Assembly: GCA_965237575.1 (NCBI GenBank)
Contig: CBDEGI010000002.1
Coordinates: forward strand, 607,022 to 671,021
Length of the DNA stretch: 64,000 bases
From: Bryobacterales bacterium
Lineage (GTDB): Bacteria; Acidobacteriota; Terriglobia; Bryobacterales; UBA6623
Direction of reading: 5' to 3'
Part shown: in pieces, positions 19,782 to 28,177 of the stretch
How positions within the stretch are numbered: position 1 is the first letter of the stretch
Layout of the letters: each line of letters begins with the position of its first letter
Notes under the pieces: model-generated
What the model saw: the letters and a program-made list of their open reading frames with translations, nothing else
Databases searched by the model: none
Told to the model about the DNA's origin: nothing
Made by a program: the position numbers and the translations under genes

Positions 19782-20557
19782 GAGATCCTCGCGTATTGCT
19801 GCTGGTGCAGGTGATCGCCTTCTGGCCCGTGTGGGGATGGTACGCCGCCCGCGTCAGCGATGGCTCCGACGACCCCTGGTGTCTGGCGGCTCTAGCGACG
19901 TTCGTGGTCCTGCTGCTGCGCGGCGGCGGTAGGCATGAACGCATCAGCGGGTCTTTATGGTTGCCGGCCCTGCTGACTGGCCTGTACGTTGTCACGGCGA
20001 TCACGCTCCCTCCGATCTTCAGCGCCGCACCCGCGGTGCTCGCCGTCGGGTCAACTCTTCTCTACTATCGGCGCGGCCGCTTCTTCCACCCTGGGGGGTG
20101 GGGCTTGCTACTGCTGTCGCTGCCGCTGTTTGCGTCACTTCAATTCTGCCTCGGGTATCCGCTGCGTGCGGTGGCCGGCGTGTTGGCGGCCTATCTGTTG
20201 AACCTCACCGGCTTCGGTGTGATCGCTGAAGGGACCCTCCTCAACTGGGGCGGGCAGCTTGTTGAGATCGACGCCCCGTGCAGCGGCATCAAGATGCTGT
20301 GGGCCGGCGCCTATCTGGCGTCGGTACTCGCGTGCCTGTACAACCTGAAAGCCACGCGTGTCGTTCTGTTGGGGCTCGGCACCGTCGTGTGTGTGATCGC
20401 CGGGAACGCATTGCGTGCAGCGGCGTTGTTCTATCTCGAGGCCGGTATCGTGCCGCTTCCGAGTTGGTCTCACAACGCTACCGGAATTGTTGTCTTCGCC
20501 GTCACGGCGTTGTTAGTCGTCAGGTTCGCCGAGCACCTTCGCATGGAGGCGGCATGA
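19766..20557 (+). CDS. Exosortase-family transpeptidase (dedicated to the upstream PEP-CTERM protein)
   Basis: Multi-TM protein with the exosortase signature residues: Cys in EIDAPCSGIKML, Arg in AGNALRAAALFY, His in SWSHNATGIVVF. The start is placed at GTG 19766 after GAGGAG and overlaps the upstream gene by 16 nt. The ORF-track start 19703 is also possible. Confidence 0.8.
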   Translation: MDKRLRDPRVLLLVQVIAFWPVWGWYAARVSDGSDDPWCLAALATFVVLLLRGGGRHERISGSLWLPALLTGLYVVTAITLPPIFSAAPAVLAVGSTLLYYRRGRFFHPGGWGLLLLSLPLFASLQFCLGYPLRAVAGVLAAYLLNLTGFGVIAEGTLLNWGGQLVEIDAPCSGIKMLWAGAYLASVLACLYNLKATRVVLLGLGTVVCVIAGNALRAAALFYLEAGIVPLPSWSHNATGIVVFAVTALLVVRFAEHLRMEAA

Positions 20558-21066
20558 GAAGCGCATCCGTGCTGTTGGCGACCCTGCTTTGCGCGGCCGT
20601 GGCGCCGTTCCTTCCGATCTCTGGCGACCACACTGGGCCCCAGGTCCCTTTCCCCGGCTGGATGAGCCATTGGAAGGGGCAGCCACTCGAACGTCTGCCG
20701 CTTTCCGAGCGAGAGGTCAAGTTTGCCGATGGCTTCCCCGGAAAGGTCGCCCGCTTCACCAGTGGCGAACACCAGTACGTGATCCGCTGGGTGCGCCGTA
20801 CGACGAGACAACTTCATCCAGCAGTCGACTGTTTTCGCGGGTCGGGTTATTCTGTCCAACCGCTGCCGATTCGAGTTGACGGCGACGGCGAACGTTGGGG
20901 CTGCTTCGAGGCAGCCCGCTCGGGCGAAGTACTCAACGTCTGCGAACGCATCTTCGACCATGACGGCAACGCCTGGGCCGACGTATCGGCCTGGTACTGG
21001 GCAGCCGCTTTGGGGCGAAGCAGCGGCCCTTGGTGGGCCGTCACGCGCGTCGCGTCCAAGAGGTGA
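20554..21066 (+). CDS. EpsI-like exosortase-associated protein
   Basis: ATGA start/stop overlap with the exosortase gene, with SD GGAGG at 20544-20548. Signal/anchor MRSASVLLATLLCAAVAPFL. The sequences FPGWMSHWKGQPLERLPLSEREVKFA and LHPAVDCFRGSGYSV resemble the EpsI family (H-P-x-x-C-x-x-G-x-G-W/Y). Confidence 0.6.
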   Translation: MRSASVLLATLLCAAVAPFLPISGDHTGPQVPFPGWMSHWKGQPLERLPLSEREVKFADGFPGKVARFTSGEHQYVIRWVRRTTRQLHPAVDCFRGSGYSVQPLPIRVDGDGERWGCFEAARSGEVLNVCERIFDHDGNAWADVSAWYWAAALGRSSGPWWAVTRVASKR

Positions 21067-21120
21067 CGTTCGCCGATAGCTCGGTCGCAGCACCGCGCGG
21101 AAATGCCATCATATACACAT

Positions 21121-21297
21121 ATGCGTCGAATCACTGTCACATTCCCCGAGGAGTTGCGGCTACATGCGCTCCGCCGTGCGCGTGAGCGAGGCATCTCTTT
21201 CGGCGCACTCGTGCGCGAGTCATTGGAGGTAGCGCTGGCCAGTTCGACAACCCGCACGGCGGAAGCCGATCCACTGTTTGCCGACTCCGCGGTGTAG
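21121..21297 (+). CDS. Ribbon-helix-helix (CopG/VapB-like) antitoxin-family protein, no cognate toxin adjacent
   Basis: MRRITVTFPEELRLHALRRARERGISFGALVRESLEVAL… is a typical RHH N-terminus. An in-frame TAG at 21295-21297 is followed by 24 more family-like in-frame codons, then TAA (EGAAPTDLSMEHDRHLYD…, ending 21369). Confidence 0.55.
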   Translation: MRRITVTFPEELRLHALRRARERGISFGALVRESLEVALASSTTRTAEADPLFADSAV

Positions 21298-21470
21298 GAA
21301 GGGGCGGCGCCGACAGACCTCTCAATGGAACACGACCGGCATCTGTACGACCAATCTTCTGAAGCATAATCTCCGTCTGGATCTGCCTCCCTCCACACGA
21401 ACTCCGGCCCGCCACGCCGACCTCGCCTGCTACATTGGTGCCTACCCTTCGCCGCGAAGGGACACCCTGC

Positions 21471-22772
21471 ATGGCGCTTGTCGACAGCCGAGCCCAGCGC
21501 ATGACCATGTTGTGCGCGATGTATCTGGCCCAAGGAATCCCCTGGGGCTTCATGACCATTGCGCTGATCTCCTACCTCACCGAGCGCGGCATCGGTGACG
21601 CGCAGGCCGGCGAGCTGACCGGCATCGTCTTGCTCCCCTGGACGTTCAAGCTCATCTGGGCGCCGCTGATCGACAGCGTCACAATCCGCTCGATGGGCCG
21701 GCGGCGTCCGTGGATCATCGGCGCGGAACTGATGATGGCGCTGTCGCTGCTCGGCATCCTGGCGATCGGCGACTTGACCGACAACCTCCGCCTGCTGGGG
21801 TGGATGTTCTTCCTTCACAACGTCTTCGCGTCGCTGCAGGACGTCTCGACCGACGCGCTCGCCGTCGACATCCTGCCGTACGAGGAGCAAGGCCGGACGA
21901 ACGGAATGATGTGGGGCACCAAGCTGATCGGCAAGGCGATCGGCGCAACGCTGATGGCCAACATCATCTACGCGTGGGGGCTGCCGGCGGCCGTGCTGGC
22001 ACAGATGATCGCGCTGCTGATCATCATGTTGTTCCCGATCTTTCTCATCGAGCGGCCCGGCGAGAAACGGTTCCCGTGGAGTGTGGGGAAGGCGCAGGCG
22101 ACCGGCCCCGGCGCGAGCGTACGCAGCCCCCTGGCCGTTCTTCGAGACCTGCGCCAGGCTTTCTCGCTCACCACAACGTCGGTGTTCTTCGTGTTCGGCA
22201 CGATCAGCATGATGGGTTGGGGCGTAGTCGAGGTGATCACGAAAACGCTCTACACCCAACAGCTCGATTGGACTTTCGTCGAGGTTTCGAACGTCGCCGG
22301 ACTCGCGGTTCTCACCGAGATGGTCGGCGCTTTTGGCGGAGGGTACTTCGCCGATCGATACGGCCGGCGCAAGATCATGATCATCGGCCTGGGTGGGTAC
22401 GGCCTGTTGGCAATCGTCTTCGGCGCCCTGCCCAGCCTATGGCACGTGCCATGGTTCGCCGCGGGCTATCTATTCTTGAATCCGGGGATCCTGGCGGTAG
22501 GGGCGGTCGGCTTCCTATCGATGTCGATGCGCATCTCGTGGACGCAAGCGGCCGCCACCGTGTTCACGATGTTTCTGACGGTGTCGAACATCGGGCACGT
22601 GATGGGCAACTGGCTCGTCGGCACGCTGCGGGAGACCTGGGCCCTCTCCTACGAGCACAGCTTCTTTGTAGTTGGGTTATTCATGCTGGCGCCCCTGCTG
22701 CTGCTGTCCGTAGTTCGCCCCGAAGAGGTCGATGAACAGAAGCTGCGGTACCTGGCAAGCGTGCGCTCGTAG
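21471..22772 (+). CDS. MFS transporter, AmpG/PAT-family-like
   Basis: About 12 TM helices. The MGRRRPWII loop after TM2 and the LQDVSTDALAVD motif are typical of AmpG-type permeases. The ATG 21471 start is preferred over the TTG start at 21435. Confidence 0.7.
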   Translation: MALVDSRAQRMTMLCAMYLAQGIPWGFMTIALISYLTERGIGDAQAGELTGIVLLPWTFKLIWAPLIDSVTIRSMGRRRPWIIGAELMMALSLLGILAIGDLTDNLRLLGWMFFLHNVFASLQDVSTDALAVDILPYEEQGRTNGMMWGTKLIGKAIGATLMANIIYAWGLPAAVLAQMIALLIIMLFPIFLIERPGEKRFPWSVGKAQATGPGASVRSPLAVLRDLRQAFSLTTTSVFFVFGTISMMGWGVVEVITKTLYTQQLDWTFVEVSNVAGLAVLTEMVGAFGGGYFADRYGRRKIMIIGLGGYGLLAIVFGALPSLWHVPWFAAGYLFLNPGILAVGAVGFLSMSMRISWTQAAATVFTMFLTVSNIGHVMGNWLVGTLRETWALSYEHSFFVVGLFMLAPLLLLSVVRPEEVDEQKLRYLASVRS

Positions 22773-23185
22773 TATTGCCTCAGGTGGCACTGTCCTGGAC
22801 GGTGATGTCCCTGATGGCAGGATCGCGGAGGACGGTGGCCCAAACGGCGGCCAGGCCTGCGTTGCTGAGACGAGATCAGCGCCCGTCACTGCGACAGCCA
22901 CGTCGGCGACCTGGGCCGGCTAGTCGGCCGTTTGGCAAGGTTTTCGGTAAGGTTGTCATTCATGGGTTGTCACGTCATCCTCGCCAGCCTCAGGGTAGCG
23001 CACCGGTCCGAGGTACTCGGCCGTTTTCTCCGCAAGTTATTGATTCGGTGGGATGAAGATTCTGTGACTGTGGTACCGACGATGGAGGTGTTGCACAACG
23101 GAATGGTCGTGTAGCGCCGATCCACGTTGGAACAGGGCCGCGAGGTCGCCTTGCCAACCCGGGTTCGGGCTTTGTCCCCGAACTG

Positions 23186-23261
23186 CCGAGGGGGACCAAC
23201 GCCCGAGCTGAGGCCGCAGGATGAAGGGGAGTGCCAAAAATGGGCTCCGTCCCCTTTAGCC
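23186..23261 (+). repeat. ~76-bp direct repeat DR1 (left flank of RAYT remnant)
   Basis: ccgagggggaccaacgcccgagctgaggccgcaggatgaaggggagtgccaaaaatgggctccgtcccctttagcc is repeated at 23719..23795 with a few mismatches. Confidence 0.8.
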
Positions 23262-23718
23262 CCCCAAGCGGCCGGATTCACTGGCGAATACGCTGCGGCG
23301 AACACACTCCCGCTACGCGCAGACCTTCAATGAGCATTACGGGCGCAGCGGACACCTGTGGCAGAACCGTTTCTTCTCGTGTTGCCTTGACCGCGATCAC
23401 TTGATCACGGCGCTGGCGTACGTGGACCTGAATCCTGTGCGAGCGGGAATGGTCGGGGACGCGCAGGAGTACCCGTGGTCAAGCGCTCGGCCGCACGTCG
23501 AGGAGGAGGACCCGCTCGGACTCATCGACTTCTCGCTGTGGCGAGAGGTGCGAGGGCGGGGTAACTGGGCGGAGTGTCTGAGCCGACCGTTGGATGCAGA
23601 GACGGTCCAGCGTCTCCGGGAGGCGACGCAGCGGGGGGTGCCCTTGGGGAGTGAGGCTTTCGTGAAGGCTTTGGAGCGTAGCACCGGACGGTGTCTGGCG
23701 CTGCGAGGACCGGGGCGG
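23260..23718 (+). pseudogene. 5'-truncated REP-associated tyrosine transposase (RAYT / COG1943 IS200-like) remnant
   Basis: The frame-1 translation LANTLRRTHSRYAQTFNEHYGRSGHLWQNRFFSCCLDRDHLITALAYVDLNPVRAGMVGDAQEYPWSSARPH… matches the C-terminal two thirds of RAYT-type proteins. No HUH-containing N-terminus and no start codon. The frame opens just after the TAG at 23257-23259, inside DR1. Confidence 0.7.
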
Positions 23719-23853
23719 CCGAGGGGGACCAAGGCCCGAGCTGCGGCCGCAGGATGAACGGGAGTGACAAAGAATGGGCTCCGTCCCCTTTAGCCCCAAG
23801 GCCCGAGCTGCGGCCGCAGGATGAATGGGAAGTGACAAAGAATGGACTGGACC
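23719..23853 (+). repeat. Direct repeat DR2 plus partial third copy (right flank of RAYT remnant)
   Basis: DR2 spans 23719..23795. A partial copy (ccaaggcccgagctgcggccgcaggatgaatgggaagtgacaaagaatgg…) spans 23796..~23853. Confidence 0.75.
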
Positions 23854-23907
23854 CTTCTCTACTGGTCTCGCTTTTTGGGTCCATTCCAGAAATCCGTTGC
23901 ATGGCGG

Positions 23908-23951
23908 CCCTAAAGGGGGCCCTAAAGGGGGCCCTAAAGGGGACGGAGCCC
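23908..23951. repeat. 12-bp tandem repeat (ccctaaaggggg x ~3) ending in CTAAAGGGGACGGAGCCC
   Basis: Read directly from the sequence. The terminal 18-mer is the reverse complement of gggctccgtcccctttag found in DR1 and DR2, and recurs at ~24942-24960. Confidence 0.8.
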
Positions 23952-23987
23952 TTTTCTGTCCTGGTGTTCACCGTTGTCACGCCGGCG

Positions 23988-24834
23988 TCAACCTTCGCCT
24001 CGCAAGGCATAGACCCCGCCGGCGACGACGATGATCGTGCCGACCACCGTCCACGTATCAGGAAGATGCCCGAAAACAAGCCAGCCCATCACGGCCGCCC
24101 ACACCGTGATGGTGTAGTTGAAAGGTTGCAATGTCGAAGCGGGTGCGGCGTGGAGGGCCTTGATCAGCAACCAGTGCGCAGCTTCCTAGCAATCCGACCA
24201 ACAGAAGCAAGGCCCACCCCTCCCCATCGGGGGTCCGCCATCGAAACGGGGCTGCGAAGCTCGAGAGGGCCAATCCCACCAATCCGGTGTAGAGCCAGGT
24301 CGTGTCCGTCGGGTCGGTTTGGCTGACCCGACGAACCAGGATCTGATAGACCGCCCACAACGAGGCGGCCAGCAATGGGATGAGAGCCGTGACACCCATG
24401 ACGCCCCCGCCCGGCCGGATGATCACCAGAACACCAGAGAGAAACCCCACGGCTGCCGCGACCCAGCGATGCGTCCCGACCTTCTCGCGCAGTGTGATGG
24501 CCGCCAGAGCCACCGTCAGCACTGGGGTGACGGCGGCAATGCCATGAACGTCCGCCAGCGGTAGGTAACGAAACGCGATGACGAAGCTGGCCACCTCCCC
24601 GACGAGAATGACCGAGCGGATGACTTGCAACGAAGCACGCCCGGTCCGCAGGGTGGAAGCCAGCCGAGAGGGCCCGATGGCCAAGACCGCGAACACGACG
24701 AAGAAGAGGTAGCGGATCCAAACGATCTGGACGACGGAGTATTGGACCACGAGGTATTTCGAGGCAGCGTCCATGGAGGCGAAGAGCATCATCGCCAGAA
24801 CCGTGTAGAGGATGCCTTTTCTCTCCGGATGCAT
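23988..24834 (-). pseudogene. DMT-superfamily (EamA-like) transporter, frameshifted
   Basis: ORFs 24058..24834 and 23988..24170 are consecutive halves (…GWALLLLVGLLG | AAHWLLIKALHAAPASTLQPFNYTITVWAAVMGWLVFGHLP…). The frame change lies near 24183-24184. Confidence 0.7.
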
Positions 24835-25830
24835 GAATGGTGGAGGTCTTGCTGGTGGCGGTCCGACGTTGACCGGGCTGTGCCACGACCCAATCGCTCG
24901 TCACTACAAACCTACACCTTTCCCGGGTTGGACAAGATGGGCTAAAGGGGACGGGAGCCCCTTGCCGGTCCGGCTGTGACGGAGAGTCACAGAATTCCTG
25001 AACTTTTTTTCGCCGCGTTTTCAACCACTTGACTCTCCACCGACCCCGGAACCCTCACCTACGAGTGCTAGCCTGATAGCGGAAACGACCGGTGCGGACA
25101 GATCGCCGGACCAACAACGACCGTTTCCTGCGCAGGCAGTTTCGATGTTGCTCTCCGAAAATATGTAAGCGACCTTCCCCCGCGAACGGCAGCTCTTGAC
25201 CCAAGCGGTCAGGAGAGGACCGTCCGTTCAAGCCTGCCTTTTCGCTCCTATCCTGGGCGGGCCGCTGAGGTCATCACAGACTGGAGCCAGAGGGCCCTCT
25301 TTTTTGAAGTTTTGAAGTTTTGGTTGGGTTTCGTCAGGCATACATCACCGCGCGCGCGATGCCAAGGTGCGCCCAAACCGAGCCGTGACCATGAGTACCT
25401 ACAGAGCAAGATCCCTGCCAAGAATGACCGAGTTTGGCTGCCAGTCACGTTCACGCGGCTTGGGGTTGATTAGGCCGGCCGTTGTACGGCTGGTATCCCG
25501 GACGCCTCCGACAACTGCTTAGGCCGGTTCAGCGGCCTTGCGATAGCGGGCTTGAGCCGTCCCCCCGGCGGGTGATAGCTCGTCGGTTCGTTCGAGACGG
25601 TCTTGCCGGTTCATGGCTCAAGCCGGTTTGGGGTAAGGCCCCTGGAAGGGGCCTGATTCATTCACTCGGGGGTCTTTCTACCAGGCGTAGAACGCCTGGC
25701 CTAGTTGAAACCAACGCCCGTAAACGGGCCTGTTTGCGTGGGTGCGATGCTCGACCGCCCAAATTCACCCCCAGCTCAAGTGTCACTACCCCGCCCAAAC
25801 TTCCCTTGCTGGCGGCCAAGAACACCGAAG

Positions 25831-25880
25831 GCCTAAAGGGCCTAAAGGGCAGTTCGGGGGCAGTTCGGGGCAGTTCGGGG
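25831..25880. repeat. Short tandem repeats: gcctaaagg x2 then cagttcgggg(g) x3
   Basis: Read directly from the sequence. cagttcggggacaaagcccg is the reverse complement of cgggctttgtccccgaactg at 23167-23186. Confidence 0.75.
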
Positions 25881-26544
25881 ACAAAGCCCGGACTCCGCCC
25901 GGCTCCGGGGCTCTGGCACCCTGCCATGATCCGTGGCACCCCCCTGGGACTCCGTCTTGCCATCGCACCACGAACCGCAATTTGAGTCGCGAATCTTCCA
26001 AAAATTGATTCCCCTTCCTTTCAATCACTTGCCGCGCGACGTGGGTCAAACCCCTTCCATCCGCTTGTTACCCTGGAATCGGAGGAAGAAGAGGAGCCAA
26101 GTCGAGCTCGGCGGAGTGCCAGATCGTTCCACGGGATTTCGTGAAAACGAGAGTTCGGGAGAGCCCCCAGGGCCCCCGAGTCATGCGCCGGGGGCGGCGA
26201 CACTCGTCCAGGGCGATACGGACTGCTGTTGAACCGACAACGGCTCGGTCCGCCGAGGCTTTTCCATCGCCCTGTCAGGGCTCGCGAGACAAGAGGTTCG
26301 AGACCTGGGGTTCCGCCTAGCGGCGTCACCCCAGGCTAACATCCGGTCGCCGCTTCGCGGCTAGGTTATGCGTCGGGGGTTCGCGGTGGGTGCGTGCCGG
26401 AGGCGCATGAGAGCGGGAGCGGTATCGAGGGCAGGAGGGTGAGTCGAAAGTTCTCCGCCGCCCCTCCAGGGCTTGAGGGCATGGTTGCCCGCATACCCAC
26501 GGTTGAAACCGTGGGCTATTATCGGCCCCTCCGGGGCGAAACGA

Positions 26545-27969
26545 CTACGCGGCTGACGCTGACTGGAAGGCGCGGGCGCGGTAGAGGAACTCGACGATGT
26601 TGCCCTCGTGCGGCTGCAACCAGTCGAGCTTCGTGGTGGGTACCGGTCCTAGATTCAAGCGGTCGATGTCGGGCGAGTCGAGCAGGGCCGCGCGGAACTT
26701 TTCGTCGTCGGTGATGCCCGAACCCACGAGCGTGGGCCCGATGTTTGCCAGCATTTCGTCCTGCGGGCATTCGACCACCGTCGCGAACGGGAACATGAAC
26801 TTCGCGATCGGGTGCGCGGGCGACTCGCAATGGACCAGCGTCGGCAACAGATAGGAACAGTGTTCGCGTGTGATGAGACGTTTGCCGCCGCGAGCCTTCT
26901 CGACCAGGTCGGCCGAGCCGGACGCTTCGAGATCGGCGTCGATGGCGGCTGAAATCGCGTCGGCCACGCCCGGCACGGTGAACGCGGCCAGCGGTGCCTC
27001 GGGGTCTTCCGGCGGCAGCGCCTCGATCTTGGCGAGTTTCTCGGCCATGGCCTCGGCGATCGCGTGGCCGTGACGCGGCACCCAGATGCCCGAGCAGTTG
27101 ATGCAACTGCGTCCGCTGTTGAGCGCCACGCTTGTGACGAAGAGGTCGAGATACTCTTCCCAGTTGTCGATCTTGTCGTCGCCGACGAGGATCTTGGTGT
27201 AGCCGGGCCCGTGCACCTGCACTCGCGGGTTGCCGCCGTGCTGGTCGACGGTGGCCTGGCTTCCGAACAGCATCGTTCGCCCGCAGCTCTCGAGTACGGC
27301 GGCTCCTACATCCCCACCTCCCGCGTAGACGGCGAACGCCTGCGCCGGCACGCCGGCTTGGATCATCGCCTGCACCATGCGATAGGGCGTCCACGGCTCT
27401 TGCGGCCCGGGCTTGAGCACCAGGCCGATCTGCATCGCGGCGACCGGCATCCACAGCGTGTGTACGCCGGGTGAGTTGCTTGGAAGCACCATGCCGAGCA
27501 CGTCGGTGGTCGCCTGGTAGCTCAGCAGCCGCTTTTCAGAATCGTAGCCGTGGCCGGCGGTGAGGATGGACAGGTCGAGGCCGCGGGTCAGCGCGTCGAG
27601 GATGCGGTCCATCTGGCTGAGCACGAACGCGATCTTGTCCATGTTCTTGCGGCACATGTGCTCCGGCAGGCCGGTGGTCGCGGACTGCTGGCGCACGAAC
27701 TGGTCGGGCGTTTGCGAGCCGTCCCCCAGAGGCAGCTCTTCCTTCATGAAGAGTTGGCCGGCGTTCTGGACCATCTTGATCAGCTCGGCGCAGGGAATTT
27801 CGCGCAGGGCGTCGCGCGCGTTCTTGGACTTGCGCAAGTCGCGGCGCACCTGGCCGGGCACGGCCTGGCTAACCTCGGCGATCGGCTCACCGGTATCGAA
27901 GTGGACAACCTTGTCGAGATCGAGGCTCTTGTAGGGTTCGCCCCAGCGAATGAGGGGTACGTGGATCAT
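26545..27969 (-). CDS. Aldehyde dehydrogenase-superfamily protein
   Basis: 474 aa with SD AGGAA. ALDH-like core with catalytic-Cys context (NSGRSCINCSGIWV) and a Rossmann-like segment. Confidence 0.7.
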   Translation of the reverse strand: MIHVPLIRWGEPYKSLDLDKVVHFDTGEPIAEVSQAVPGQVRRDLRKSKNARDALREIPCAELIKMVQNAGQLFMKEELPLGDGSQTPDQFVRQQSATTGLPEHMCRKNMDKIAFVLSQMDRILDALTRGLDLSILTAGHGYDSEKRLLSYQATTDVLGMVLPSNSPGVHTLWMPVAAMQIGLVLKPGPQEPWTPYRMVQAMIQAGVPAQAFAVYAGGGDVGAAVLESCGRTMLFGSQATVDQHGGNPRVQVHGPGYTKILVGDDKIDNWEEYLDLFVTSVALNSGRSCINCSGIWVPRHGHAIAEAMAEKLAKIEALPPEDPEAPLAAFTVPGVADAISAAIDADLEASGSADLVEKARGGKRLITREHCSYLLPTLVHCESPAHPIAKFMFPFATVVECPQDEMLANIGPTLVGSGITDDEKFRAALLDSPDIDRLNLGPVPTTKLDWLQPHEGNIVEFLYRARAFQSASAA

Positions 27970-28039
27970 GTGTGGTTCCTATGTACGGCGTGTTTGAAGC
28001 TCGGTTGCTCGGCGGACCGATGCGCCGGCATCCTGGCGC

Positions 28040-28064
28040 GGGCACGGCATGCCGTGCCCCTACA
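28040..28064 (+). repeat. REP-like palindrome GGGCACGGCATGCCGTGCCC+CTACA, copy 1
   Basis: Perfect 20-bp palindrome with an asymmetric CTACA tail. Intergenic, 71 nt upstream of the ALDH start. Confidence 0.85.
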
Positions 28065-28177
28065 TTTCAGATCGAACCGTCGCGTACTTACGAAGCACGC
28101 TGCTAGTTAAGATATCGCGCGCAAACGGCTCTGTCTTCAGTGTCGAGAAACAGGACTCCGGAAGCAAGCGAGGGCCA

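Noticed and set aside
20847-22259. 470-aa ORF on the minus strand
   Set aside because: It is antisense to the EpsI-like, RHH and MFS genes. The composition is dominated by R/D/H/Q/P, with no motifs and no ribosome-binding site.
25024-25034. ccacttgactc, an 11-nt match to the family B terminus, as a sixth element copy
   Set aside because: It lacks the GGGGTAT part, has no partner inverted terminus, and shows no target duplication. It is most likely chance or an unrecognisable relic.
25040-25330. Possible riboswitch or small RNA in the gene desert (structured-looking sequence ending in GAGGGCCCTC-T6)
   Set aside because: I could not match it to any riboswitch, RNase P, tmRNA, SRP or 6S consensus from memory. 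No downstream gene is in a suitable position. It is left as part of the repeat-island finding rather than called as a feature.
23908-25880. Short tandem repeats (12-mer x3 at 23908; 9-mer x2 and 10-mer x3 at 25831) as a possible CRISPR array
   Set aside because: The units are 9-12 nt and directly abutting, with no spacers and no cas genes. They are microsatellite-like parts of the dispersed repeat family.
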